Part shown: one piece after another, positions 22,059-32,805 of the stretch
How the letters are laid out: each line of letters starts with the position of its first letter
Numbering within the stretch: the stretch's first letter is position 1
Assembly (NCBI GenBank): GCA_033839185.1
Contig: JAJLKJ010000004.1
Span: 1 to 46,291, forward strand
Source: Gammaproteobacteria bacterium
Lineage (GTDB): Bacteria > Pseudomonadota > Gammaproteobacteria > SpSt-1174
Reading direction: 5' to 3'
DNA: 46,291 nt
Made by a program: the position numbers and the translations under genes
The notes under the pieces: generated by a model
Database searches by the model: none
Told to the model about the DNA's origin: nothing
Seen by the model: only the letters and a program-made list of their open reading frames with translations

Positions 22059-23077
22059 CGCCCCGAACCCATTCGCTCCATCAGGTAACAGAGGCAGTCC
22101 TGCCGCACCACCCGTTCGTCCAGCGTGAGCATGGAGGGCATCATGGCGCGCCTGAGCAGGATGCGCTGGTCGCGGATCTCGAAGTAGTCGTCGGTGACGT
22201 CGGCGCCGGTCTCGTCGTAGGCGGCGAGTCGCGCATTGGCGAGTGCGTCGACGATGCCGAACTCGGTGCCGGCCGGCACCTCGCGGAAGTTCATGCGTTC
22301 GAGCTCCGGGTCGAAGGCGATGTGGGCGGCGCTGTGGCCGAAGCTGAAGCTGAAGGCATCCGGCACCTTCACCTGGGCGACGGTGTGGAAGAGATCGATG
22401 TCATGCCCGTTCACGGCATGCGAGGGGATCTCGGCGAGATGCAGGCAGGCGTCGAGGTATTCGACGGCATGTTCCACGCCGTAGGCCTGGCCGGGCTTGC
22501 CGCATTCCAGGGTGGTGGACGGACAGACCTCGGCCATGGCCATGGAGGCTACGCCGCGCGGGCGGATGAAATAGACCACGGTGCGGCCGAACAGCACGGC
22601 GAGCTGCAGGAAGGCGTTGTCCAGCCGGTTGATGCAGGCATAGTGCGGGTTGAGGCCGGTGTTGTTGTGGACGTCCACACTGGCAAAGGCCTGGCGCCGG
22701 CGCATGGTCTGGACGATGTACGCCATCATGCGCGTCTCCTCGCCCGGCGGGAGCTCGGTGCCGGGCCAGCAGCGGTTGTAGTCGGGCTGGTCGTCCAGGC
22801 GGCGGCGCCCCTCGCGGGCGGCGGCGACGTTGCCGATGAACAGCGACAGGGCGCGTGGCAGTTCCTGCCCGGCGTAACGCTCCAGCAGCGTCTGGATCGC
22901 GACCAGCCCCGTATCCTCGTTGCCGTGCAGCAGCACGGAGACGAACAGCGGCGCCTCCCGCCGTCCGGGCAGGTGGATGAGCGTCGGGCCGTCCAGCACG
23001 CGATGCAGGTCGCGGGCCGCGATGCCGAGCAGGCCGTCGGGCAGGTTGTCGATCTCGGTGAGCAGTGCGGGTCGCAT
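22055..23077 (-). CDS. succinylglutamate desuccinylase/aspartoacylase (AstE_AspA, M14-like) family zinc hydrolase
   Basis: 340 aa from the ATG at 23077. LHGNEDTG (HxxE zinc motif) and a predicted-deacylase-like layout. Lies 2 nt downstream of the GCS2 gene stop. Confidence 0.75.
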   Translation of the reverse strand: MRPALLTEIDNLPDGLLGIAARDLHRVLDGPTLIHLPGRREAPLFVSVLLHGNEDTGLVAIQTLLERYAGQELPRALSLFIGNVAAAREGRRRLDDQPDYNRCWPGTELPPGEETRMMAYIVQTMRRRQAFASVDVHNNTGLNPHYACINRLDNAFLQLAVLFGRTVVYFIRPRGVASMAMAEVCPSTTLECGKPGQAYGVEHAVEYLDACLHLAEIPSHAVNGHDIDLFHTVAQVKVPDAFSFSFGHSAAHIAFDPELERMNFREVPAGTEFGIVDALANARLAAYDETGADVTDDYFEIRDQRILLRRAMMPSMLTLDERVVRQDCLCYLMERMGSGR

Positions 23078-23079
23078 GA

Positions 23080-24504
23080 TTACAGGTCCCATTCGTGTAC
23101 CGGCCGTCCCTGCCATTGTCTGCGCAGATAGTCCTCGGTGAGTCTGGCCATGTCGCGGCCGTGCACGGTCACCCAGCGGCGCTGCCATTCAGCGCCGTTC
23201 TGCGTGGTCTCGGCGCGTGCCTGGATGATGTCCAGATAGCGTGCGATGTCATCCGGTGCGATGGCCAGTTGCCGCAGGCCCTCGCGCGCCGCGGGCAGCA
23301 GGGTATGCAGGATCAGCTCACGTATCGGCACATGCCGGTCATCGTCCCAGCGGATGGTGGCGGCCAGCCCGCGACGGGCGGCCGCATAGAAATTGTCTCG
23401 CGCCCGGGCGAAGGGGAGGCGCGCCTCCATGTCGTCGGCGGCCAGGGCCTGCACGAGGCCGTAGAAGAAGGCGGCGTTGGCGACCTGGTCGACCACGGTG
23501 GGCCCGGCCGGCATGACGCGATGTTCGATGCGGATATGTGGCCTGCCGTCCTCGTCGAAGCCGAGCAGCGGGCGGTTCCAGCGCCAGATGGTGCCGTTGT
23601 GCAGGCGCAGGTGCGGCAGCGTGCCGTCGTCGGCCAGCGCCATGGGCAGCAATACCGGGTAGTGCTCCAGGTTCTCGCGAAAGCACTCGAGGATGGAATG
23701 GCGTGCGTAGCCCGAGCCGAAGCCCACGCGCCACAGCGGGCCCCGCGTGACCCCGGCATAGCCGCCGATCTCCACCGCCTGTTCGAACAGCGGGATGCGC
23801 GTCTCCTCCCACAGCTCGTGGCCGAAGAGATAGGGCGAGTTGGCGGCGATGGCCACCATCGGCGCCGAGACCCGCATGGCGGTGTTGTACACGCGCACGG
23901 CCTGTTCGATGGGCGTCTGCAGGTGCAGCTGGAAGGAGGTGGTGGCGGATTCGAGCATCACGTCGTGATGCTCGCAGCGCAGGTGTTCGTGGCCGGCGAT
24001 GTCGAGCCGCAGCGGACGGTGCTCGCGCTGACGGAAGACCTGGGCGTTGAGCGCCCGGTAGCGGTTGAGGTTCGACATGTTGGCCATGCTGAGATCGGCC
24101 GCCGTGACCGTGGGCAGGATGCCGGTCATCACCAGGCGGGTGCCGATGGCCTCGGCGATCTCGCTGGCGTGTTCCCAGGTCTGGGCGATCTCCGCCTCGA
24201 GCAGGCTGAAGGCACGACCGCAGAGCGGCTGCGGCCGGTTGTTGAGTTCGACGTTGAAGCGGGCGAGTTCGGGCGAGGTGAGCTGGTCGTCGCTGGCGGC
24301 GAGAAACGCCTCGTTGCGCGGGGCGGGGCGGGCGTCGCGGTCGATCAGCCAGGCCTCGATCTCGAAGCCGGCGACCGGGCCGCGTGACGAGAGCCGTCCC
24401 TCCGCCTCCCAGCGTTGCAGGGTCTCGGTCTCGCTGACGAGCCGGGCGTGGAAGGCGGCGAAGTCGGCCGGCGTGAAGTCGCTGCTGTCGATCTCCTGTC
24501 CCAT
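23080..24504 (-). CDS. glutamate--cysteine ligase family 2 (GCS2 / carboxylate-amine ligase) protein
   Basis: 474 aa. GFEIEAWLID..., ELNNRP, ESATTSFQLHLQ and IAANSPYLFG resemble the YbdK/GCS2 core. Confidence 0.7.
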   Translation of the reverse strand: MGQEIDSSDFTPADFAAFHARLVSETETLQRWEAEGRLSSRGPVAGFEIEAWLIDRDARPAPRNEAFLAASDDQLTSPELARFNVELNNRPQPLCGRAFSLLEAEIAQTWEHASEIAEAIGTRLVMTGILPTVTAADLSMANMSNLNRYRALNAQVFRQREHRPLRLDIAGHEHLRCEHHDVMLESATTSFQLHLQTPIEQAVRVYNTAMRVSAPMVAIAANSPYLFGHELWEETRIPLFEQAVEIGGYAGVTRGPLWRVGFGSGYARHSILECFRENLEHYPVLLPMALADDGTLPHLRLHNGTIWRWNRPLLGFDEDGRPHIRIEHRVMPAGPTVVDQVANAAFFYGLVQALAADDMEARLPFARARDNFYAAARRGLAATIRWDDDRHVPIRELILHTLLPAAREGLRQLAIAPDDIARYLDIIQARAETTQNGAEWQRRWVTVHGRDMARLTEDYLRRQWQGRPVHEWDL

Positions 24505-24526
24505 CCGGCCTCTCCCTGCCTAGTCC

Positions 24527-24979
24527 TCAGTCGTCATCGTCGTCGTCGAGCGGCTCGTCGTACAGCGATTCCAGCAGGTCCCCCCAGAGCCGTTCGTGTT
24601 TCTCGATGAAGACCAGCAGCTGCTGACGATAGCCGAGCAGATCCGTCTCGAAGCGGGTGAAGTCCTCGCCGCCGTCGATGACCTGGGCGGCGCGTTCGAG
24701 CTGCAGCAGGGCGTCGCGCAGGTTGAGCATGGCGCCCATGGCGCCCTTGATGCGTTCGCGTTCCTGGGGGATCCAGCGGCGGTCGTTGATCACCGAACGC
24801 AGGTTCTCGCCGAGTTCCAGCAGGCGTTTGCGCAGGCGTGGTACGGCGCCGATCTTCTGCGTCTTCAGGTCGCCCCAGACGGCGAGGTCGAGCAGGTCGC
24901 GCCAGCCCGAGCGCAGCGTGTCGATCTGCGCGGGGTCGAAGGCGAAGGATTCGGCGACACGTTGTTCGTCAAAGGGCAT
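24527..24979 (-). CDS. hypothetical helical protein with C-terminal poly-Asp tail (LDDDDDD)
   Basis: 150-aa ORF, 22 nt upstream of the GCS2 gene on the same strand, with a GGGAGAGG SD for the next gene. I recognise no family. Confidence 0.55.
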   Translation of the reverse strand: MPFDEQRVAESFAFDPAQIDTLRSGWRDLLDLAVWGDLKTQKIGAVPRLRKRLLELGENLRSVINDRRWIPQERERIKGAMGAMLNLRDALLQLERAAQVIDGGEDFTRFETDLLGYRQQLLVFIEKHERLWGDLLESLYDEPLDDDDDD

Positions 24980-25032
24980 GGGGCGTCTTCTCGTGCATGT
25001 GCAAAAACCTTAACACGGCCGGCCACCCGGTA

Positions 25033-26701
<1,669 letters not shown>

Positions 26702-26705
<4 letters not shown>

Positions 26706-27973
26706 GGCATTGTCGGGATCAGCCACCAGGTGGCGAGGCCGGAGGATACTACAGCAAGCAGGGTCAGGCCGACACGGCTGCCGAAGCGGCGGCCGCCGAT
26801 GCCGAGCGCGAGCCCACCCTTGACCAGCGAATTGGCCACGGCGGCGATGAGGATGGCCAGCGCGGCGGTGGAGACGGTCAGTCCCTCGCGCGCCATGTTG
26901 GACAGCGAGAGGGTGATGGCATCCACGTCCGCCAGCCCCGAGGCGGCGGCCAGCAGGTAGAGACCGGCATCGCCCATGGAGGTCTCGAGCGCACGCGACA
27001 GCAGCAGGATGGCGGTGAGCAGTGCGGCGAAGATCAGCGCCGGCTTGAGTTCGAAGGGGTTGCTGATACGGGCGCGCTCACCGCCCGGGTGGCTGTCGGC
27101 ACGCTGCCAGAAGATCCAGGCGGCGAGGTAGTTGACGATCATCATCACCAGCACCGGCCACAGCAGGGCCAGGGCCAGCGACCAGCTGAAGATGCCGGCG
27201 ACCACCAGCATGCGCGGGAACATGGTGGCGCAGGCCACCAGGGTGCCGGCGGCGAGCACGTTCTCCAGGCCGCGCTCGCCGCGGGCGATGCGGGCGAAGT
27301 TCACCGTCACCGCCGTGGAGGAGGCCAGCCCGGCAAACAGGCCGGTGGCCAGGATGCCGCGGCGTTCGCCGACGATCTTCATGGCGAAGTAGCCGATGAA
27401 GGAGATGCCGGCGATCAGCACCACCATCCACCAGATCCTGTAGGGATTGAGTGCCGCCCAGGGGCCGTATCCCTCGTTGGGCAGCAGCGGCAGGATCACC
27501 ACCGAGATCAGCAGCAGCTTGAACGTGGCGTAGAGCTCCTTCTCTTCCAGGCGATTGATCCAGGAATGCAGTACGGGCTTCACGCCGAGCAGGATGGTGG
27601 TGATCACGGCCCCGGCCGCCGCCAGCGAGATGTGCCCCAGCGTGGCCATGGCGCCGAAGGCGAAGGCCAGCAGGCCGGCGATGATGCCGGTGATGCTGAT
27701 GTCGGTATCCAGTCGCTGGCTCAGGGCGTAGGCGCCCACCAGCACGGCCGCGAGCGTGGCGAAGGCCACGGCCAGTACCGCCGTGCCCAGCTGTTCGGAG
27801 AGCAGGCCCCAGACACCGCCGAGCAGGCCGATGAGGGCGAAGGTGCGGATGCCGGCCACGCGCCGGCCCTCGGCCAGCCCGCGCTCCTTCCAGCCGCGCT
27901 CCACGCCGATCAGCAGACCGAGCGCGAGGGCCACGCCCAGGGTGTAAAAGGTCTCGAGGTCGTTCATGCCCAC
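26702..27973 (-). CDS. MgtC/SapB-family membrane protein with DUF4010-like C-terminal half
   Basis: LLIGVERGWKER...GIRTFALI MgtC-type N-terminus followed by ~10 further TM segments. Start is GTG at 27973 or ATG at 27967. Confidence 0.7.
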
Positions 27974-28025
27974 AGTATCGCACAGGGCCGCGGGGCAGTA
28001 GCAGGCGGGCGGCGGGTCGCCACGG

Positions 28026-28907
28026 TCAATGCAGGCGCTGGGGTTCCTCGGCCAGTTCCTCGATCAGGGCGCGGATCGCGTCCGCGTCCTCGTCGGCGGG
28101 GTAGTGGGTGAGGTAGTGATCGAGGTCGGCGGCGGCCGCGCGGTTGCAGTCGAGCTCGGTGAGGATCAGCCCGCGATCGCGGTACTCCGGCAGCTGCGTG
28201 GGGTCGATGGCCAGGATCAGGTTGACGATCTCCAGGGCCTTCTCGGCCTGGCCGTCGCGCTGGTACACGGCCTTGAGGTTGCGCAGCAGGCGGATCACGA
28301 TCTCCGGCTTGCGTGCCGCGGCCAGCAGCCGGCCGAGGTCGTCCGGACGGTCGCTGGCCACGTCCTGGAGCAGGCGGTCGAGGTCCTCCTCGGAGAGGCT
28401 CACGCCGCGGTTGAAGGGGTCGAGCACGAGGGCGCCGTCGTCCATGCTGAGCCGGACGAGGAAGTGCCCCGGGAAGCTCACGCCCTCCAGCGGCAGGCCG
28501 AGCCGCCGACCCAGCTCGATGTAGACAATGGACAGGGTAAGCGGGATGCCGCGGCGCTGGTCGAGGACGTCGTTGATGAAGCTGTTGCGCGGGTCGTAGT
28601 AGTTCTCGAGATTGCCGGCAAAGCCCTGTTCGGTGAACAGGAACTGGTTGAGCGCGCGCAGACGCTCTTCGATGCCGGGATCTGCCGGCAGGCGCTGGCG
28701 CAGGGTCTGTGCCCACTCGTCGAGCCGGCGACGGTAGGCCTGCCGGTCCAGGTCCGGGTATTCCAGCATGGCAATGGCCAGGGCCGTATCCAACAGCGGC
28801 GCCTCCCCTTCGGGGGCGCGGGCCGTCTCGATCAGCTGATGCAGCAGCTTGGCTTGCACGGGGCGTCCTGTGTCGGGCCTGTCCCGATCCTGCGGATCGG
28901 CAGACAT
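28026..28907 (-). CDS. SirB1/YchA-like transglutaminase-like plus TPR protein
   Basis: GNLENYYDPRNSFINDVLDQRRGIPLTLSIVYIELGRRLGLPLEGVSFPGHFLVR. The start is uncertain: ATG at 28907, or upstream candidates to 28991. Confidence 0.68.
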   Translation of the reverse strand: MSADPQDRDRPDTGRPVQAKLLHQLIETARAPEGEAPLLDTALAIAMLEYPDLDRQAYRRRLDEWAQTLRQRLPADPGIEERLRALNQFLFTEQGFAGNLENYYDPRNSFINDVLDQRRGIPLTLSIVYIELGRRLGLPLEGVSFPGHFLVRLSMDDGALVLDPFNRGVSLSEEDLDRLLQDVASDRPDDLGRLLAAARKPEIVIRLLRNLKAVYQRDGQAEKALEIVNLILAIDPTQLPEYRDRGLILTELDCNRAAAADLDHYLTHYPADEDADAIRALIEELAEEPQRLH

Positions 28908-28989
28908 TGCAGGTAATGGCGCGACTGGCATCGCTGCCGGGGTTGCGCGTAGACTCTTCAAGCATAACAACAACAGGGACGCCACGCGC

Positions 28990-29790
28990 ATGACCCAGGA
29001 AAACCCCTACCAGCCACCGGAATCCCCGGTCTCCGATCCCGCGGGGCGTGTACGCCCCGGCAACACCCTTGCCGGCGGGCTGGCCGGCGATTACCGCCTG
29101 GAGATCGGCGAGGTGCTGGGCGAGGCCTGGCGGCTCACCGGCGGGATGAAGGGCAGCTTCTGGGGCGCGGCCCTGGTCGTCGGCCTCATCGCCATCGTGG
29201 CCAGCGTGGTGATCAATTTCATGGGGCTGATGTGGATGGGTTCCATGGAGGCCTTCAATGCCAGCATCCCCGCACAGTATCTCAGCCAGTTGCTGATCAA
29301 TGCCGTGCTCGCCCCCTTCGGTGCCGGGCTCCTGATGATCGGCGTGCGCCGTGCGGCGGGGCTGACGGTCTCCTTCGATACCGCCTTTGGCTATGTCGGT
29401 CTGTTCCTGCCGCTGGCCGGGCTCATGCTCCTGCAAAGCCTGCTCACCGGCATCGGCTACCTGCTGCTGATCCTGCCCGGTATCTACCTGGCCATCGCCT
29501 ACACCCTCGCACTGCCGCTGGGCGCCGATCGTCGCCTGGGGCCCTGGCAGGCGCTGGAGACCTCGCGGCGCGCGATCACCCGCCACTGGTTCCAGGTCTT
29601 CGTGCTGTTGCTGGTGAGCTGGCTCATCCTGCTGCTGGGCATCGTCTCGCTGATCGGCTGGATCTGGGCCGCACCGCTGCTGGTCAACGTGCATGGCGTG
29701 CTGTATCGGGAGGTCTTCGGCGTGGCCGAGGCCGGCGCCGATAATGGACCGACAACCATAACAACTACCGAGGGAGGCCTGTCGGCATGA
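28990..29790 (+). CDS. integral membrane protein, NPYQPP N-terminus (DUF975/BPSS1780-like)
   Basis: 266 aa from the ATG at 28990 (MTQENPYQPPES), with ~6 TM segments. Its stop overlaps the next start (ATGA). Confidence 0.55.
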   Translation: MTQENPYQPPESPVSDPAGRVRPGNTLAGGLAGDYRLEIGEVLGEAWRLTGGMKGSFWGAALVVGLIAIVASVVINFMGLMWMGSMEAFNASIPAQYLSQLLINAVLAPFGAGLLMIGVRRAAGLTVSFDTAFGYVGLFLPLAGLMLLQSLLTGIGYLLLILPGIYLAIAYTLALPLGADRRLGPWQALETSRRAITRHWFQVFVLLLVSWLILLLGIVSLIGWIWAAPLLVNVHGVLYREVFGVAEAGADNGPTTITTTEGGLSA

Positions 29791-30584
29791 ACGAGACCAC
29801 CAACCCCTACCAGGCGCCGGAGGCCAACCTGGTGACGGCATCCGGCGGCGACTGGGCCCTGGTCGAACCGCGTCGCGTACCCATCGGCCACGGCTGGAAG
29901 TGGATCGCCGATGCCTTCCGCCTGTTTGGGCGCAGCCCGGTCATCTGGATTCTCAACAGCCTGATCTTCATGGTGATCACCATCGTGCTCAGTATCCTGC
30001 CCATGGTGGGGCTGCTGGCCACCATCCTGATGGCCATCATGACCGGTGGCCTGATGCTGGGGGCATGGACGCTGGATCGCGAGGGGGCGGGCCTGCGGGT
30101 GGATCACCTCTTCATCGGCTTTCGCGATCGTCTGGGACGGCTGGCGGCAATCGGTGGGATCTACCTGCTCGCGACCATCGTCATCACCGTGATCGTGATG
30201 ATCCCCGTCTTCGTCGGGATCGGGTTTTTCGCCGCCAACAACGGCGAGGGCATGAACCCGGCCAGCATGGTGCTGCCGATGATCCTCTTCGGCCTGTTCA
30301 TCTTTCTGCTCAGCGTGCCGTTGCTCATGGCCTACTGGTTCGCTCCGGCGCTGGCGATGCTGCACGACGACGTCGACGCCATCCGGGCGATGAAACTGAG
30401 CCTGGTGGGCTGCCTGCGCAACATCCTGCCGTTGATCCTCTACGGGCTGATCATGACCCTGTTCTTCGTGCTCGCGGCCATTCCCTTCTTCCTGGGTCTG
30501 CTGGTCATGATGCCCGTCATGCTCGCGAGCATGTATACGGGTTATCGCGACATCTTCGTCGGCGACGGGGACGAGGCGGCCTGA
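29787..30584 (+). CDS. BPSS1780-like membrane protein, NPYQAP N-terminus
   Basis: MNETTNPYQAPEA..., GHGWKWIADAFRLF, multi-pass. Paralogous architecture to the upstream gene. Confidence 0.6.
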   Translation: MNETTNPYQAPEANLVTASGGDWALVEPRRVPIGHGWKWIADAFRLFGRSPVIWILNSLIFMVITIVLSILPMVGLLATILMAIMTGGLMLGAWTLDREGAGLRVDHLFIGFRDRLGRLAAIGGIYLLATIVITVIVMIPVFVGIGFFAANNGEGMNPASMVLPMILFGLFIFLLSVPLLMAYWFAPALAMLHDDVDAIRAMKLSLVGCLRNILPLILYGLIMTLFFVLAAIPFFLGLLVMMPVMLASMYTGYRDIFVGDGDEAA

Positions 30585-30595
30585 AGGAGGAGAGG

Positions 30596-31273
30596 ATGTC
30601 GACGCGCACGTTGGGGCTGTCCGACGAACTCTATGACTACCTGAAGAAGGTCTCGCTGCGCGAGGACGCGCTGCTCGCACGCCTGCGTGAAGAGACCCGG
30701 GCGCATCCGCACGGGCGCATGCAGATCTCGCCCGAGCAGGGGCAGTTCATGCGCCTGCTGGTCGGATTGCTGGGCGCGCGTCGTGCCGTGGAGATCGGCA
30801 CCTTCACCGGTTACAGTGCGCTGTGCATCACGCAGGGCATGGGCGGGCAGGGCGAACTCGTCTGCTGCGACACCAGTGACGAGTGGACACGGATCGCCCG
30901 GCGCTACTGGCAGGAGGCCGGCGTGGACGGGCGCATCCGCCTCGAGCTCGGCCCCGGTATCGACACCCTCAACCGCCTGCTCGCCGAGGGCGAGGCCGGC
31001 CGCTTCGACTTCGCCTTCATCGACGCCGACAAGCAGAACTACCCCGCTTACTACGAGCGCTGTTACGAGCTGCTGCGCCCCGGCGGCGTGATCGCCATCG
31101 ACAACACCCTCTGGGGCGGCGCCGTCGCCGACGAGGCCGACCAGCAGGCCAGCACCCGCGCCATCCGCCGCTTCAACGAGGCGGTGCACCGGGACGAGCG
31201 GGTGGAACTGTCGCTGCTGCCCATCGGGGACGGGCTCACGCTGGCGCGCAAGCGGGCGGGGCGTGACGCGTGA
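30596..31273 (+). CDS. class I SAM-dependent O-methyltransferase (caffeoyl-CoA OMT-like)
   Basis: AVEIGTFTGYSAL, FDFAFIDADKQNY and GGVIAIDNTLWGG. Strong SD AAGGAGGAGAGG before the ATG at 30596. Confidence 0.8.
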   Translation: MSTRTLGLSDELYDYLKKVSLREDALLARLREETRAHPHGRMQISPEQGQFMRLLVGLLGARRAVEIGTFTGYSALCITQGMGGQGELVCCDTSDEWTRIARRYWQEAGVDGRIRLELGPGIDTLNRLLAEGEAGRFDFAFIDADKQNYPAYYERCYELLRPGGVIAIDNTLWGGAVADEADQQASTRAIRRFNEAVHRDERVELSLLPIGDGLTLARKRAGRDA

Positions 31274-31279
31274 GGCGAC

Positions 31280-31378
31280 AGACGTTAGGCGAATAGTCTA
31301 AGCGCCACAGAGGGCACAGAGAAAGAACACGACCGGTTTACCTCTGTGATCTCTGTGTCCTCTGTGGCTAAAACGTCT
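31280..31378. repeat. CACAGAG-family element, copy E (inverted orientation relative to A, B and F)
   Basis: Outer AGACGTT (31280-31286) pairs with AACGTCT (31372-31378). Arms are GCGCCACAGAGGGCACAGAG (31302-31321) and CCTCTGTGATCTCTGTGTCCTCTGTGGC (31341-31368). Confidence 0.84.
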
Positions 31379-31409
31379 TTACATCATGCGCGCCATCCAC
31401 GCCCAACGT

Positions 31410-32729
31410 TCACCCGCCAGCCCGCTTATACAGAATCTTCGAGTTCCGCTGGTAGTTGTACAGCTCGCGCCGCTTCACCGGCAGGTCGTCGAGCGAGCCG
31501 GGGTTGAAGCCGCGTTCGCGGAACCAGTGCAGGGTCTCGGTGGTGAGTACGAACAGGCGCTCGAGGCCGATCTTGCGGGCGCGGGCCTCGAGGTAGGCGA
31601 GCAGCACGTCGCCGCGGCCGCCGCGCCGGTAGTCCGGGTGAATGGCCAGGCAGGCGAGCTCGCCGACGCCCTCGGCCTCGAAGGGGTAGAGGGCGGCGCA
31701 GCCGATGATCATGCCGTCGCGTTCCACCACCACGAAGCGCTGGATCTCCAGTTCCAGCTGTTCGCGCGAGCGCCGCACCAGCGTGCCGGCCTCTTCCAGC
31801 GGGCGGATCAGTTCCAGTATCCCGGCCACGTCGTCGATGCGCGCATCGCGCACGCCCTCGTAGATGTCGGCGGTCACCAGCGTGCCGTCACCGTCTCGGG
31901 TGAAGAGTTCCAGCAGCAGGGCGCCGTCGCGCTGCTGCTGCACGAGGTGGACGCGGCGCACACCCTGTTGCGCGGCGTTGATGGCGTTTTCCAGGTGCAG
32001 GCGCGTCTCGGGGTGCAGCTGCTTGCGGCGCTTGAGCAGCTGTTCGGCATCGCTCAGGCCGAGCTGCCCCGGCAGCGGACGTTTTTCACGGGCAATGCCG
32101 AGGTAGATGAGCTTGTCGGCCTTGAGCGCGATGGCGGTCTCGGTGGCGACTTCCTCGGCGCTCAGGTTGAAGGCCTCGCCGGTGGGCGAGTAGCCGAGCG
32201 GCGAGAGCAGCACCAGGTTGTCCAGCGCGAGCTGCGCGCGGATGGCCTCCGCATCGATGCGACGGACCTTTCCGGTGTGGCAGAAGTCCACGCCGTTGCG
32301 TACGCCGATGGGCCGTGCGGTGACGAAGTTGCCGGAGGCCACCCGCAGGCGTATGCCCGACATGGGCGTGTTGACCAGGCTGGTCGACAGCCGTGCCTCG
32401 ATCTCCACGCGCACACAGCCGGCGGCCTCCTTCACCGCGCCCAGCGCCTTCTCGTCGGTGACGCGCAGGCCCTCGGCATAGCGCGGCTCGATGCCCTCCA
32501 GGCGCAGGCGCCGCTCGATCTGCGGGCGGGCGCCATGTACCAGCACCAGGTGGATGCCCAGGCTGTGCAGCAGGGCGATGTCGTGGATCAGGCTGGCAAA
32601 GCCTTCTCCCTCCAGCGCCTCGCCGCCGAAGTAGAGCACGAAGGTGCGGCCGCGGTGTGCGTGGATGTAGGGCGCGGCGTTGCGAAACCACATGACGTGC
32701 TGGTCGATCTTGCCTGGCTGCTTGGGCAC
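31410..32729 (-). CDS. argA: amino-acid N-acetyltransferase (N-acetylglutamate synthase)
   Basis: WFRNAAPYIHAHRGRTFVLYFGGEA kinase-like domain plus a C-terminal GNAT (CLAIHPDYRRGGRG). GTG start at 32729. Confidence 0.9.
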   Translation of the reverse strand: MPKQPGKIDQHVMWFRNAAPYIHAHRGRTFVLYFGGEALEGEGFASLIHDIALLHSLGIHLVLVHGARPQIERRLRLEGIEPRYAEGLRVTDEKALGAVKEAAGCVRVEIEARLSTSLVNTPMSGIRLRVASGNFVTARPIGVRNGVDFCHTGKVRRIDAEAIRAQLALDNLVLLSPLGYSPTGEAFNLSAEEVATETAIALKADKLIYLGIAREKRPLPGQLGLSDAEQLLKRRKQLHPETRLHLENAINAAQQGVRRVHLVQQQRDGALLLELFTRDGDGTLVTADIYEGVRDARIDDVAGILELIRPLEEAGTLVRRSREQLELEIQRFVVVERDGMIIGCAALYPFEAEGVGELACLAIHPDYRRGGRGDVLLAYLEARARKIGLERLFVLTTETLHWFRERGFNPGSLDDLPVKRRELYNYQRNSKILYKRAGG

Positions 32730-32760
32730 GGTGCTGTCCTGGGGAAACGAATCTGTAGGA

Positions 32761-32801
32761 ATAATAAGGAATTGGGCGGGCGAGTGAAACGTCCGCCCGC
32801 T
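32761..32801 (-). terminator. possible terminator after argE
   Basis: GCGGGCG (32776-32782) pairs with CGCCCGC (32794-32800). On the minus strand it is followed by the T-rich CCAATTCCTTATTATT. Confidence 0.4.
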
Positions 32802-32805
32802 GGCC

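Noticed and set aside
21986-23131. 381-aa plus-strand ORF starting inside repeat copy D
   Set aside because: It starts within the CACAGAG/heptamer element and runs antisense to the AstE-like gene, giving a low-complexity translation.
27964-30680. 625-aa and 393-aa minus-strand ORFs (27964..29841, 29499..30680)
   Set aside because: Pro/Arg/Gly-rich low-complexity translations. They overlap the SirB1-like gene in another frame and lie antisense to the two membrane-protein genes.
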